A DNA stretch of 59,997 nucleotides, the filler included, from Asterionella formosa (lineage: Eukaryota): NCBI GenBank assembly GCA_002256025.1. It is 5 parts of 5 records of this genome, joined end to end, with 100 filler letters (N's around TTAATTAATTAA, not from the genome) between each part and the next. Parts side by side here need not be neighbours in the genome. Positions count along the whole stretch, not along the records: positions 36,097 to 48,004 come from NKIB01008058.1; positions 48,105 to 59,997 come from NKIB01008069.1; 3 more parts are not named here. One strand, written 5' to 3'. The notes beneath the pieces are model-generated. The model was given only the letters and a program-made list of their open reading frames with translations, ran no database searches and was not told where the DNA came from. Position 1 is the first letter of the stretch; the number at the start of each line of letters is the position of its first letter. The position numbers and the translations under genes were made by a program. Below, piece after piece: positions 38,141 through 50,746 of the stretch.

Positions 38141-38193
38141 AAAGCTTTGTAAGGACAGGTCGCGACCTGTCCTTACAAAGCTTTTTTGTTTTT
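38141..38193 (+). terminator. Rho-independent terminator formed by a 44-bp perfect palindrome (REP-like core)
   Basis: AAAGCTTTGTAAGGACAGGTCG|CGACCTGTCCTTACAAAGCTTT (38141-38184) followed by TTTGTTTTT, 20 bp after the stop codon. Confidence 0.85.
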
Positions 38194-38283
38194 AATGGCA
38201 TGCTAAGAAGGGCATGGCATTGCAGGGCGTTGCATGGCATTGCATGGTTTTGGTTTGCCTAAGCAACACCATGCCTTTCATCA

Positions 38284-38724
38284 CCTTAGACGTCCAACTT
38301 TATTCATAAGTGAAGTAATTTTATTCATCAGACGTCCAACTTTATTCATCAGACGTCCAACTTTATTCATTGGAGAAGTAATTTTATCCATCAGACGTCC
38401 AACTTTATACCTTGGAGAAGTAATTTTATCCATCAGACGTCCAACTTTATTCATTGGAGAAGTAATTTTATTCATCAGACGTCCAACTTTATTCATTGGA
38501 GAAGTAATTTTATTCATCAGGCGTCCAACTTTATTCATTGGAGAAGTAATTTTATCCATCAGACGTCCAACTTTATTCATTGGAGAAGTAATTTTATTCA
38601 TCAGGCGTCCAACTTTATTCATTGGAGAAGTGATTTTATTCATCAGACGTCCAACTTTAAGCATACAAGAAGGTGTTTTAAGCATCAGGTCACCAACTTT
38701 AAGCCTTAGGCGTAAACCTTTATT
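38284..38724. repeat. 21 x 21-bp tandem array with alternating A/B units (42-bp higher-order repeat)
   Basis: A = CATCAGACGTCCAACTTTATT, B = CATTGGAGAAGTAATTTTATT. Order is A B A (A B)x7 A, then three degenerate units. Confidence 0.95.
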
Positions 38725-39144
38725 GAAGAAGTTGTTTTATATAAAAGTGCTCTTGCAAAAAGAACAAGAGAAGTGTTTTTATGGGATGGACATAAGAACT
38801 AAAAATAGTCTAAGAGCAATGGTTTTTTTTAGGTGTTAAGTAGCTTTTTTTCTGTTGCATTTTAACCATAAAAATGGAAAAGAAATTTACCCCCATTTAA
38901 ACGGCATTTTTTACTATTCAGATATTTATTCATGGTTTCGTTTTGAGACAAATAATGAGAGTTTTCCAATATTGGGACTAGTTGTGCGACATTAAAAACT
39001 CCCACTAGAATAATTATTCCTCTTTTTGTATACTTAATTCCTGCTTTTGGTCATTTTGTTGGTATAAGGGGAAAGCTTAAAAATATCTTTATAAAGCATA
39101 TTGCAGTAGAACCAACCTTTTACTCAAGAAAATAATAACCGTTT

Positions 39145-42100
39145 ATGAAAACAAAACTTTTACTCAAAAAAACCATTGGCTTAATTCTGTTAATGACAGC
39201 ATTTTTGCTAGGATTTACAGGTAATTTAAGAGCACAAAACAATGCACTTGATTTCACCTACAACAATCCAGGGCCAGAAGTGGTAATTAGCCACAATTCG
39301 GCACTTAATTTTGGTGCATCAACAGATTTTACTATTGAATTTTGGATGCAACCTACCCAAAATAATTGGACAGGCGTTTTAGCTAAAGCCAATCCAAGTG
39401 GTGGTTTAGTGGGTTACCAAGTATTTATCGCTAACGGAAAAGTTAGTTGTGAATTTGGTGACATTACTCCTGGTAATCACTTTTCTACAGGTGAAACAGG
39501 TGTAATGACACTGGGCACATGGCATCATATAGCCATTGTGGTTGTAAGAAGTACTGCTACCGTGTATATCTATATGGATGGTACGCTTCAAACGGGATGT
39601 ACTACAACCAATTCTGAATTGGGAAATAGCATGGATAACACCAATGACCTTGAATTAGGAAAAGTACGTGGAACATCCTATAACCATTACGGTGGAGATT
39701 TAGATGAATTTAGAATTTGGAATGTGGCAAGATCTCAATCTGAGATTGCTGCAAATATGAATCTTGAATTAACAGCTCCTTATTCTTCTAATTTAGTTTT
39801 ATATCATAAGTTTAATCAAGGAACTGCCGGTGGAACAAATACAGGATTAACTACATCTTATGATGCAGTTGGGTCTTTAAATGGTACTTTAAACAACTTT
39901 GCTTTAACAGGTTCTACTTCAAACTGGGTTAGTGGTCCTACCTTAACAGTTCAAACACAAACTCCAACAATTACCTCTTTTACCCCAACTACACAAACTG
40001 TAGGTTCAAGCATTACTATTACAGGAACAAACTTTAATACAACAGCATCTAATAATAAAGTATTTTTTGGTGCAGTGCAAACAACTCCAAGCTCTGCTTC
40101 TGCAACTAGTTTAACGGTTACGGTTCCTGCAGGTGCTTCTAATGATCTAATTACAGTAGTTAATACGGCAAGTGGTTTATCATGCAAAAGTAGAACTACG
40201 TTTTTTACTAAATATTCTGGTAAAGGTGCTTCTTTTGCACCTGCTACTGATTTTGCTTCTGAAACAGATTTTGGATATGGAACGAGCACGAATGTTTTTG
40301 GAATGATTTTAGGGGATGTGGATGGAGATGGTAAAGTTGACTTTATAGGTGGCCAGCCATTTGTTTCCCAGTTAGCTGTAATTAGAAATGCAAATACTGG
40401 TACATCCGTAAATAATTTTACTCCCGCTACTTCGGTTAGCGTTCAAAGCGGTCCGAACAATGCTCCAGCATTTGGAGATTTAGACGGGGATGGAAAACCA
40501 GACCTTGCCATTTGTAATTATTCATCTAACTCTGTTAGTGTAATTAGAAATTTAAGTTCGTCGGGAACAGTTAGTTTAAATACTGCTCAAAATATTACAG
40601 GTAGTTTAAGTAGTCCAATAGCGGTAAATTTTGGTGATTTGGATGGAGATGGAAAACCAGAAATGATAGTTGCCAATAGTGGTAATGCTACTATAACTGT
40701 ATTTCCAAATACTAGTACAAGTGGTACTATAAGTTTTGGAACCGCTCAATCATTTAGCGTTGGATCAAACCCTAAAGAAGGTTTACCTATTGCCGATTTT
40801 GACGGCGATGGAAAATTGGATGTTGCGGTTGTGAATAGTAGTGTGGGTGTTATGAGAAATACAAGTTCAGGATCTGGTAACTTTAACTTTACTAGAACTG
40901 ATCTTTCTTTACAACAATCAAGTGTAAATTCTATTTCGGCAGGTGATGTAGATGGAGATGGAAAAGCTGACTTAGCGGTTTGTTACAAAATAAACAACTG
41001 GTCGGGTAGTAACGGTATGATTACTGTTTATAACAATACCTCTACTTCTGGATCCATTTCTTTTGGAATCAATAATTTTGGAACGCAAGCAATGCCAACA
41101 TTAATTCGCTTTGCCGATTTTAATGGCGATGGCAAATTGGATGTATACACCGCTTGTGAATCAAGTACACACGGTATTCTATTAAATACAGGCTCTGGTT
41201 CAGTCAATTTCTCTACATTTACTGCCGTTAATATTGATGGATATGCGTATGGTGCAGATGCAGGTGATATTGATGGTGATGGTAAAGCTGATATTATAGC
41301 AGCTAACTATGGTGGTTTTGCTACCTATGTTAGACGTAATGCCCCAATACTTTCTGCTGATGCAGATTTGTCGGCCATGACCATTAGCTCTGGAACTTTA
41401 AGCCCAAGCTTTTCTGCTGGTACAATTACTTATACAGCAAGTGTTACAAGTTCAACTTCAAGCATAACAGTTACACCAACTTATTCGGATGCAGGTGCAA
41501 CTATTCAAGTAAGAGTGAATGGTGGATCCTATGCAAGCGTAACGAGTGGTGCTGCTTCTAGTGCATTGTCTTTAGATTTCGGTTCAAACACAATTGATGT
41601 GAAAGTAACCGCTCAAGATGGTTCAACTATAAAAACCTATACTACTACTGTTACGAGAGCAAACTATACCTCATCCACAAATGGTGGCGATTGGAATACC
41701 GCTTCTACTTGGGATGGTAACGCAGTTCCTCCTAGTGGAGCAGATGTTGTAATTGGAGGTACAAGTATAACCTTAACCTCTGATGTTACCGTTCACAGCT
41801 TAACCATTAATAGTGGTAAATCATTAACTCAATCGGGTACATTAACAGTTCAATCTGGTGGGTATATCACCAATAACGGTGGAACCTTTACTAGCAATGG
41901 AGTTGTTGACTTTTCTGGTTCAGCTACTGTTACTGGAGCAGCTGCCTTTACAAATGCATACGTAAGAGGTGCAGTTGATTTTGGTTCGAGCTCAACGTTA
42001 AATGGTACTCTTAGAATGTATGTTGGTGGATCTGTTGTTAATAAGCCAACCTATACAAGTGCTACACTTACCTACGCTGGTGCAGGAACTATAACTGTTG

Positions 42101-45100
42101 GAAACGAATGGCCAACTGGTTCTGTAGGTATTGGCTCACTTGATGTAGGTAGCGGAACCACATTAGATTTTGGCTCTATTTCTTCCACAAGAACAGTTGG
42201 AGCAGGTTCAAATTCGGATGTGTTTTCTAATAGTGGAACCATTAATCTTTCTTCTGCTAGCGGAGGAAATTTAATAATTGAATGTGTTTATATTAGAAAC
42301 TCAGGTACCTTAAATGCTAGTAGCAGAACTGTTACCGTTCAAGGTCCAAATAACCACCATATCGAAAACTATGGTTCGGAAATTACCTTCTATAATTTTG
42401 CCTTTAATGGCAATGGCTCTATTCAAGTGCCTCTTAAGATTACGAATAACTTAGATATTGTAGGTACACCAGAAGTTTATTATGGCAGAACCATTACCTT
42501 AGAATCTGGCGCAACCATGACAGGTTCCGGTAGAATTGGTATTGCGGGTGGAAACTTGTTGTTTAAAAATGTTACCACTGCAAAAACATTTAATGTGTCT
42601 CGTGGAACCTGGTCGGCAAGCTCTACTCCTATAACTATTTCTAACGGACAAGGTTTAGATTACACCATAACAATGAGTGCTTCTAACCCTAGCGGTGGAA
42701 CATTAAGTAGCTACGCTTCTGCTAGAACATTTACAGGTTCTTGGAATATTACTCCAAGTGGTACTCCAGCTAGCCCAGTTACAATTAGCTTCCAATATAA
42801 TAATGGCGATTTATTAAGTGGTTCAAATACCACTAGAAAAGTATTATTCCATTATACTGGTGGTCAATGGACAGAAGTATCAGCTAATAAAGCTGTTCCT
42901 ACAGGTTCTAACCCTTACACTGTTTCATTTAATTATTCAGGAACTTTTTCTCCATTCTCATTTGGTAGTACCTTAAATACAGATGCTGATTTATCTAATT
43001 TAGCAATAAGCGCTGGTTCACTTTCACCTTCGTTTGCTTCAGGTACTACTTCTTATTCAACTTGCATTAGCAATGGTGCTTCTAGCATTAGTGTTACTCC
43101 AACTCTTTCTGATGGAAATGCTAGCGTTGAATACAGCTTAAATAGTGGAACCTATGCTGCTGCTACAAGTGGCTCACCAACTAGTTTAACATTAATAGCT
43201 GGAAACAATACAGTAGATGTAAGAGTTACGGCAGAAGATGGTTCAACACAAAAAACATATACTATTAACTTCTATAGAACACCTACAGCTACCGCTGCAA
43301 GTTTAAATTTATGTGACGATGGTACCGCTGATGGTATTAGAACATTTACTTTAACAAATGCCGATGCTACTGTTGGTGCTTCTCAATCGGGTGTTACCAT
43401 TACGTACCATGCTACTTTATTAGATGCACAAAATGATGCAAATGCATTATCTGCTTCGTATGCTAATACAAGTGCCAATAGCCAAACAATTTATGCTAGG
43501 GTTGAAAATTCTTCTTCATCGGCATGTTATGCAACAAGTTCAGTAAGCCTTACCGTTTGGGCCAACCCAACTGCAAGCTTCTCTGTAAATGATGTTGACC
43601 AATGTTTAACACCAAATAGCTTTAATTTACTTTCTACTTCAACTAATGGAAGTGGAACTATAAATGCCTATTCATGGACAGCAGCTGGAGCAAGTGTAGC
43701 TCCTACAGGAGATGACCCAGCAGCTTATACCTATGCTAGTGCTGGTACAAAATCTGTAACCTTACAAGTTACTGATGATAATGGTTGTACCAACACCTCT
43801 TCAGCTACTTCTTTAACCGTTTGGGCCAACCCAGTTGCAAGCTTCTCTGTAAATGATGTTGACCAATGTTTGGTTTCAAATAGCTTTGATTTACTTTCTA
43901 CTTCTACCGATGGTAGTGGTACAATAAATGCCTACTCATGGACAGCAGCAGGCGCAAGTGCAGCTCCAACAGGTGCTAACCCAAGTGCATATACCTATGC
44001 TAGCGCAGGTAGCAAATCGGTTACTTTACAAGTAACAGATAATAATGGTTGTAGCAATACAAGTTCGGCTTCTACTTTTACCGTTTGGGCTGATCCAATC
44101 GCTAGCTTCTCAGTAAATGATGTAGATCAGTGTTTAACACCAAATAGTTTTGATTTATTATCTACCTCAACAGATGGTAGCGGTACAATTACTACCTATG
44201 CTTGGACAGCAGCTGGAGCAAGTGCAGCTCCAACAGGTGCTAATCCAAGTGCATATACGTATGCTAGCGCAGGTAGCAAATCAGTTACTTTACAAGTAAC
44301 AGATGATAATGGTTGTAGCAATACTTCAGCAGCAACTACTTTAACAGTTTGGGCTAACCCAGTTGCAAGCTTCTCAGTAAATGATGTGGACCAATGTTTA
44401 ACTCCAAATAGCTTTGATTTACTTTCTACTTCTACCGATGGTAGTGGTACAATAAACGCATACTCATGGACAGCAGCTGGAGCAAGTGCAGCTCCAACAG
44501 GTGCTAACCCAAGTGCATATACGTATTCTAGAGCAGGTAGCAAATCAGTTACTTTACAAGTAACAGATGATAATGGTTGTAGCAATACTTCGGCAGCTAC
44601 TACTTTAACTGTATGGTCTAATCCAGTTGCTAGTTTCTCTGTAAACGATGTGGATCAATGTTTAACACCAAATAGTTTTGATTTACTTTCTACCTCAACA
44701 GATGGTAGTGGTACAATAAACGCATACTCGTGGACAGCAGCAGGCGCAAGTGCAGCTCCAACAGGTGCTAATCCAAGTGCATATACGTATGCAAGTGCTG
44801 GTAGCAAATCAGTTACTTTACAAGTAACAGATGATAATGGTTGTAGCAATACAAGTTCGGCAACAACTTTAACCGTTTGGGCTAACCCAGTTGCTAGCTT
44901 CTCTGTAAATGATGTTGACCAATGTTTGGTTTCAAATAGCTTTGATTTACTTTCTACCTCAACAGATGGTAGCGGTACAATAAATGCCTACTCATGGACA
45001 GCAGCAGGCGCAAGTGCAGCTCCAACAGGTGCTAACCCAAGTGCATATACGTATGCTAGCGCAGGTAGCAAATCTGTTACTTTACAAGTAACAGATGATA

Positions 45101-48004
45101 ATGGTTGTAGCAATACAAGTTCGGCTTCTACTTTTACCGTTTGGGCTGATCCAATCGCTAGCTTCTCAGTAAATGATGTAGACCAATGTTTAACACCAAA
45201 TAGTTTTGATTTACTTTCTACCTCTACAAATGGTACAGGTACAATAAACGCATACTCATGGACAGCAGCCGGAGCTAGTGTAGCTCCAACAGGTGCTAAC
45301 CCAAGTGCTTATTCATATTCAACTTCAGGAAGCAAATCTGTTACCTTGCAAGTAACCGATGATAATGGTTGTAGCAATACAAGTTCTGCCACTAGTTTAA
45401 CCGTATGGGCTAACCCAGTAGCAAGCTTCTCAGTAAATGATGTGGACCAATGTTTAACTCCAAATAGTTTTGATTTACTTTCTACCTCAACAGATGGTAG
45501 TGGAACAATTAATTCTTACTCATGGACAGCAGCTGGAGCAAGCGTAGCTCCAACAGGTGCTAACCCAAGTGCATATACCTATGCAAGTGCAGGAAGCAAA
45601 TCAGTTACTTTACAAGTAAGCGATAATAATGGTTGTAGCAATACTTCGGCAGCTACTACTTTAACTGTATGGTCTAACCCAGTTGCTAGCTTCTCTGTAA
45701 ACGATGTTGACCAATGTTTAACACCAAATAGCTTTGATTTACTTTCTACCTCAACAGATGGTAGTGGTACAATTAATGCATACTCGTGGACAGCAGCAGG
45801 CGCAAGTGCAGCTCCAACTGGTGCTGATCCAAGTGCATATACATATGCAAGTGCTGGAACCAAAACCGTTTCATTACAAGTAACAGATGATAATGGCTGT
45901 AGCAATACAAGTTCAACTACTAGCTTAACCGTTTGGTCGAACCCAGTTGCAAGCTTTACCGTAAATGATGTTGACCAATGTTTAACTCCAAATAGCTTTA
46001 CCATTAACAGTACCTCAAGCAATGGCTCTGGAACTATTAATACTTGGAGTTGGAGTGCAGCTGGTGCTTCAGTAGCTCCTGCAGCAACTACTGGTCCGCA
46101 TACATTTAGTTATACTTCTGCTGGCTTAAAAACAATCAACATAAGTGTAACCGATAATAATGGTTGTTCAAATGCAACCACAAATACAGATAATATTACG
46201 GTATGGGTTAACCCAACAGCAAGTATCTCTATTGTAGATTTCGACCAGTGTTTAACAGGTAATAGCTTTACCGTATCAAGTACTTCAACTCAAGGTAGCG
46301 GTTCTTCGTTTGCTACCTATGCTTGGAGTGCAACAGGTGCGAGCCCAGCTTTAGCTGCTAGTGCAAACCCTAGCGCATTTAGCTATGCAAGCTCAGGTTT
46401 AAAAACAGTTAACTTAACCGTAACCGATAATAATGGTTGTAGCAACGCCACTGCCTTAAGTAATAATATTACTGTTTGGGCAATGCCAGTTCCTGCCTTT
46501 ACTATTGATGATAACACCCAATGTTTTATTGGTAATAGCTTTACGTTAACCAATACCTCAAGCAATGGTTCGGGTAACATTACCGATTGGAATTGGACAG
46601 CCACTGGTTCTAGCTCTGCTACTATCACAGGCAATGGTCCACATACCATAACCTACGCTACCTATGGCAATAAAACAGTTAACTTAAGTGTAACCGATAA
46701 TAATAATTGTACAGTAACAACTGTATTATCTAATAATATAGCTGTATACGATCATCCAACTGCGGCCTTCACTACTACAGAATCATCGGTGACAGTAAAT
46801 GATTATAATATTTGTACAGGTTCGGTAGTTAATTTTACAGGCGCTAGTTCAACCGCAGGTGGCTACCCAGGTTCTACCTTAAATACAGGTTTAGCTGCCT
46901 TCCAATACAAGGTAACGAATTTAATTTTACCTGGCCCTCCAGCACCAGCTAACGCAGGTTCTGGCTCAAATGCAAGTGTATATGCACCTGTAGTAAATGG
47001 AACTAATGGAGCAGTGAACGACGATATGCTTTACTCTTTATTAGTAACTAATAACTGGGGTTGTACCAACGAAACGAGTGGATCTAATAGCCGCCATATT
47101 TACGTTTATCCTTTCCCAGTGCCAAGCTTTACTACACCAACTATTGGTGCTCAAGGTCCTTACGGAACATTAGCCAACAATGGTAATGGCGGAACATTAT
47201 TATGCCATAGCAAAGTAGTATTTGGTAATACCTCTACTATTCCTAACGGAACTATTGTAAACTATATTTGGAATTGGGGCGATGGATCTGGTACTTCAAC
47301 TAGCACCGATTTATCGAATGTAAAACATGAGTTCCCAGTAAACTATACCATGAATTGGTTTGATCCTGGTTTCCCTAATACTCGTTATACAATTGGCTTA
47401 ACAGCTGTTTCAAACTTAGGTTGTTCAACTAGTGTTTCTTCAACCAAGGATGTTAAAAACGGTCCAGATGCAGTAATAGGCTTAGCCGATCCAGTATCGC
47501 AAAGCTTAGCTACCAATTCATTCTTGTTTAAAAACTTAAGTCAAAACCGTCACCCAAGCTTTATTACCAGCTCATTATGGAATTGGGCTGATGGAACAAC
47601 AACTACTAATACCACGTTTGTACCTAAAGTATACGCTACTGCAGGTTCATACAGAGTACATTTAATTAACTATACCAATACCGGTTGTACCGATACAGCT
47701 AATATTGATTTAACCATAGCTCCAACGCCAACGGCATCGTTTACGAAGGTGTTAAATGGTTGTGGCAATAGAACTGTTGACTTTACAAGTACTTCTGTTT
47801 TAGCTACTAGCTATTCATGGAATTGGGGCGATGGAACTGCTGTAGGAACTACAGCCACACCATCTCATACCTATGCCGCAGATGGAGTTTACATAGTTGT
47901 ATTAACCATAAATGGAACAACCGCTTCTGCTCCTGATACCATTAGAGTAGCAAGCACACCTACGGTAGGTGCCATTACTAGCAGCGTAAGTACTTGCGGT
48001 AATG
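39145..48004 (+). CDS. Giant Bacteroidota adhesin-like protein, >2950 aa, 3' truncated: signal peptide, LamG, IPT/TIG, FG-GAP propeller, two cadherin-like beta-sandwiches, beta-rich region, PKD repeats
   Basis: MKTKLL...LRAQ signal; FTIEFW..WHHIAIV..LDEFRIWN (LamG); PTITSFTPT..ITITGTNF (TIG); seven GD.DGDGK.D repeats; two DADLS.h.hS.G.LSPSF...AQDG/AEDG modules; tandem 88-aa PKD-like units. Confidence 0.92.
43558..46200 (+). repeat. 10 x 264-bp coding repeats (88-aa PKD-like units, 2 Cys each), followed by 2 diverged units
   Basis: W.NP.ASFSVNDVDQCL starts at 43558, 43822, 44086 and so on every 264 bp to 45934. Confidence 0.95.
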
Positions 48005-48104
48005 NNNNNNNNNNNNNNNNNNNNNNNNNNNNNNNNNNNNNNNNNNNNTTAATTAATTAANNNNNNNNNNNNNNNNNNNNNNNNNNNNNNNNNNNNNNNN
48101 NNNN
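48005..48104. other. Artificial contig linker
   Basis: 44 N + TTAATTAATTAA + 44 N. Confidence 0.99.
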
Positions 48105-48500
48105 ATCAATATCTTCGAGTACCTGCCCGGCAATGGTGCGTAGTTGTAGCAATGACATTGCTGGTATGGTCATATAGCGTCACAAGCACTCCGACTAAGT
48201 TGGTATCACCACTGTCATTGTTGTCTGTATCTTCCTTGACACAGCCGGAAATTGAGCCAAGCTTCTGTGCACTAGGAGCAGGACTGATGACGGGCTGAAG
48301 ACCTGGACGTTCGTCTACAAACTCATTGTTAAACGAGCTGCCGGATCTAATGTCAATGTCGATTGAATTGATATCACTACCGTCATTGTCCCCAACGTTG
48401 ACGAATCCTGTCGTCGGGGTCTTCTGATCAATTGTGTATACACCTGGAGGGGCGTAAAAATGAACTTTCCAGCACTGTCCTTTAACGTCGTCATTGCAGG
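48105..48500 (-). pseudogene. Frameshifted SdrD-B/Cna-B-like repeat fragment
   Basis: TTLKDSAGKFIF, a frameshift, then PPGVYTIDQKTPTTGFVNVGDNDG...NNEFVDERP...LGSISGCVKEDTDNNDSGDTNLVGVLVTLYD...VIATTT, after which similarity is lost. Confidence 0.65.
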
Positions 48501-49936
48501 GTTGTTGTGCTGTTGACTTCTTTGTGGCTTGCCATCGCCTGTGATGCGAAGCAAGTCAGCTGCCAGTGCTTTGGTCCGATGAGATTGACCCACCAGCAGC
48601 ATGTGTAAATCACTAGCAGAAATAATTTCCGTTCGGAAAATATTTCTGCTGCCAGTTCCATCATGTTTGCAAGTGTCATGGAGGAGTCAACTAAGATTCG
48701 TGTGGCAAAAAAGTATTGGTGGTTTATACGAAGATTATGTAGGCTACCGGTAGTAGGGTTTAAGGGGTTATCAAAAAGAGGGGGACGAAATATCGATATA
48801 GGGGGACGAAATATCTTTTTCCAAAAAAAATAATAATAATAAATATTATATATGATGTCGTACTGTTGATTTCGACATCAAGTATGGCATATGAACGGAT
48901 TCTGGATTCCGCCCTGTGGTGCACTCGTGTGTGGAATATATTGTATGTAACCTGTTCATATCTGACCCACGTAAATGTCAAAGTGTCCGGTAAAACTGAA
49001 ATGCAACTCAACTACCGGTACCGGTACACTGGTACATTTACCTAACGTAGGAGATCCCGGCTACGGGAATTAACAGGTTACAGTTACGAAGCGTATGACA
49101 TACCCGGTAGCAAAAATGGTATGCAGTACCATAACAACTATCATGAAAAGTGGACGATCTAAAAAATATGTAAGCCTCTAAATTTTTTCTGAACCTAAAC
49201 ATAATCGACTTTCCATACCGGTAGGCGACATGAGGGTGCAAAATTTCTATCTTTCAATGCATGCACATGTAATAAATAGTGTTGCTGCTGTACATAGCGA
49301 CACATACATGTCTGCGGCACGACTACCGGGTGGCAAGGTATTTCACCAGTACTACAGCGTTTGCCAGTGCGATTCATAACAAAGTAGCCACCAGTAGGCG
49401 CAGTCGCGTAACGTAAACGTTAATGCTGCACGCGTGTTGATTTGAATATACCCGGTACTATGCTATGCAGCATACGTATACTATCCATACGACGGATTGG
49501 CGATGACAGCTGGCTACGACGAGCGAATGTTTGCCACACATGATAAATATAGAAATTATTATTATCATACACCGGTACGGGTTAACTGTAGCTACTCTGG
49601 TATGGTACCTGGTACCTGTTGCCGTTGTGTAAGCTTTCAACATGATACTGTTGCACTTATATGCTTATTTGTATGATCATAATTCCTACATTACCTGTAT
49701 GTCGTCTACATAGAAAGTACTCCGGAATATCATCACTTTTTGTTTTTACTCAGAGAACATACCGGTACCTGGTACCCTGGTACTATTACCGGAATAAACT
49801 ACCGGTAACAATACACATATGCATGACTGTCACAAAATATTAACAACACGATTCTACGTTTTAGGTCGAGCTTCGTCACCTTCTGCCACATTCCATACTT
49901 CCTGCTCCTTCATCAGTAGTATTAACTGCCATTGCT

Positions 49937-50746
49937 ATGAATGCCCTTTTCATGCTCTTATTATTTGCTTTGGCTGTTCAAGCGACAGAAGCCGCCACTG
50001 CGTTTCTTATCAAGTCTGGAACGCCTCAATGCACTGGTGATTTCCTTTTAGAGCGACTAACTGTTAGCTGCGGAAACGAATGCACATTTGGGGCGTCGGT
50101 GGATATTGATGGAACGAGTGAGTACATTGCAGATTCTGGCTCATAAGTGCTTTGGGTGATATAATTATATTCCTGCTATACTCTGCAGTGGTCGAATCTA
50201 TCCAAAAAGTAAAAGAATACTTCTAATGCGCTGATTTGTTGCTTGCCACTCTGTCCAGTTTATTCCAAGTACGGTTTCAGTACCAAGCCTGTAACTCTCA
50301 CAGTCAAGGCCTGTATATTCTCTGTGATTTGCAAGACCCTGGTTCAGGAAGAGATCTATATGTGCGACGTTGGTTTGACACCGACAGATGGCCAAAGCTG
50401 TCCTGCTACTGGGTCATATGAGTATTCCACGTCTATGAAGCTTCCCGGCGATGATGGCCAGGATTGGTTCAAGGGTTATAATGTTGGAATAACAGCGACA
50501 TTTGAAAACGATTACACTAGTACCGAATGCTCACTCACAGTGAAGGCAGTCAAGGCATCAAATTCTTATCAAATGATTTCCTTCTCCGTCCTCGGTGCTG
50601 CCGTGTTGTTGACAGGTGCTGCTGTATATAACTTCCGTCATTGGCGACGCCAAACAGCTACATTCGAAGCTCCAATTGCTGAGATTGATATTTGTAATCA
50701 TTTTGAAAGAATGCAAGATGCAAGTGGAAAAAAGGAGTCATATTAG
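49937..50746 (+). CDS. Small Cys-rich single-pass membrane protein with an ML (MD-2-like) type ectodomain (~222 aa)
   Basis: Exons 49937-50117 and 50259-50746 with a GT-AG intron that keeps frame. Signal peptide, MCD...CPATGSYEYSTSMKLP, and TM ISFSVLGAAVLLTGAAVY followed by RHWRR. Confidence 0.6.

Noticed and set aside
38284..38724. Possible CRISPR array
   Set aside because: The would-be spacers are near-identical B units, the period is only 42 bp, and no cas genes are present.
44196..46649. Repeated minus-strand ORFs within the adhesin
   Set aside because: Antisense shadows of the 264-bp coding repeats.
11934..48104. Identical TTAATTAATTAA motifs inside N runs, and the apparent bacterial island in a diatom genome
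   Set aside because: These are artificial linkers between length-sorted contigs. ORFs ending in XXXLIN are artefacts, and cross-linker adjacency is not evidence of HGT.
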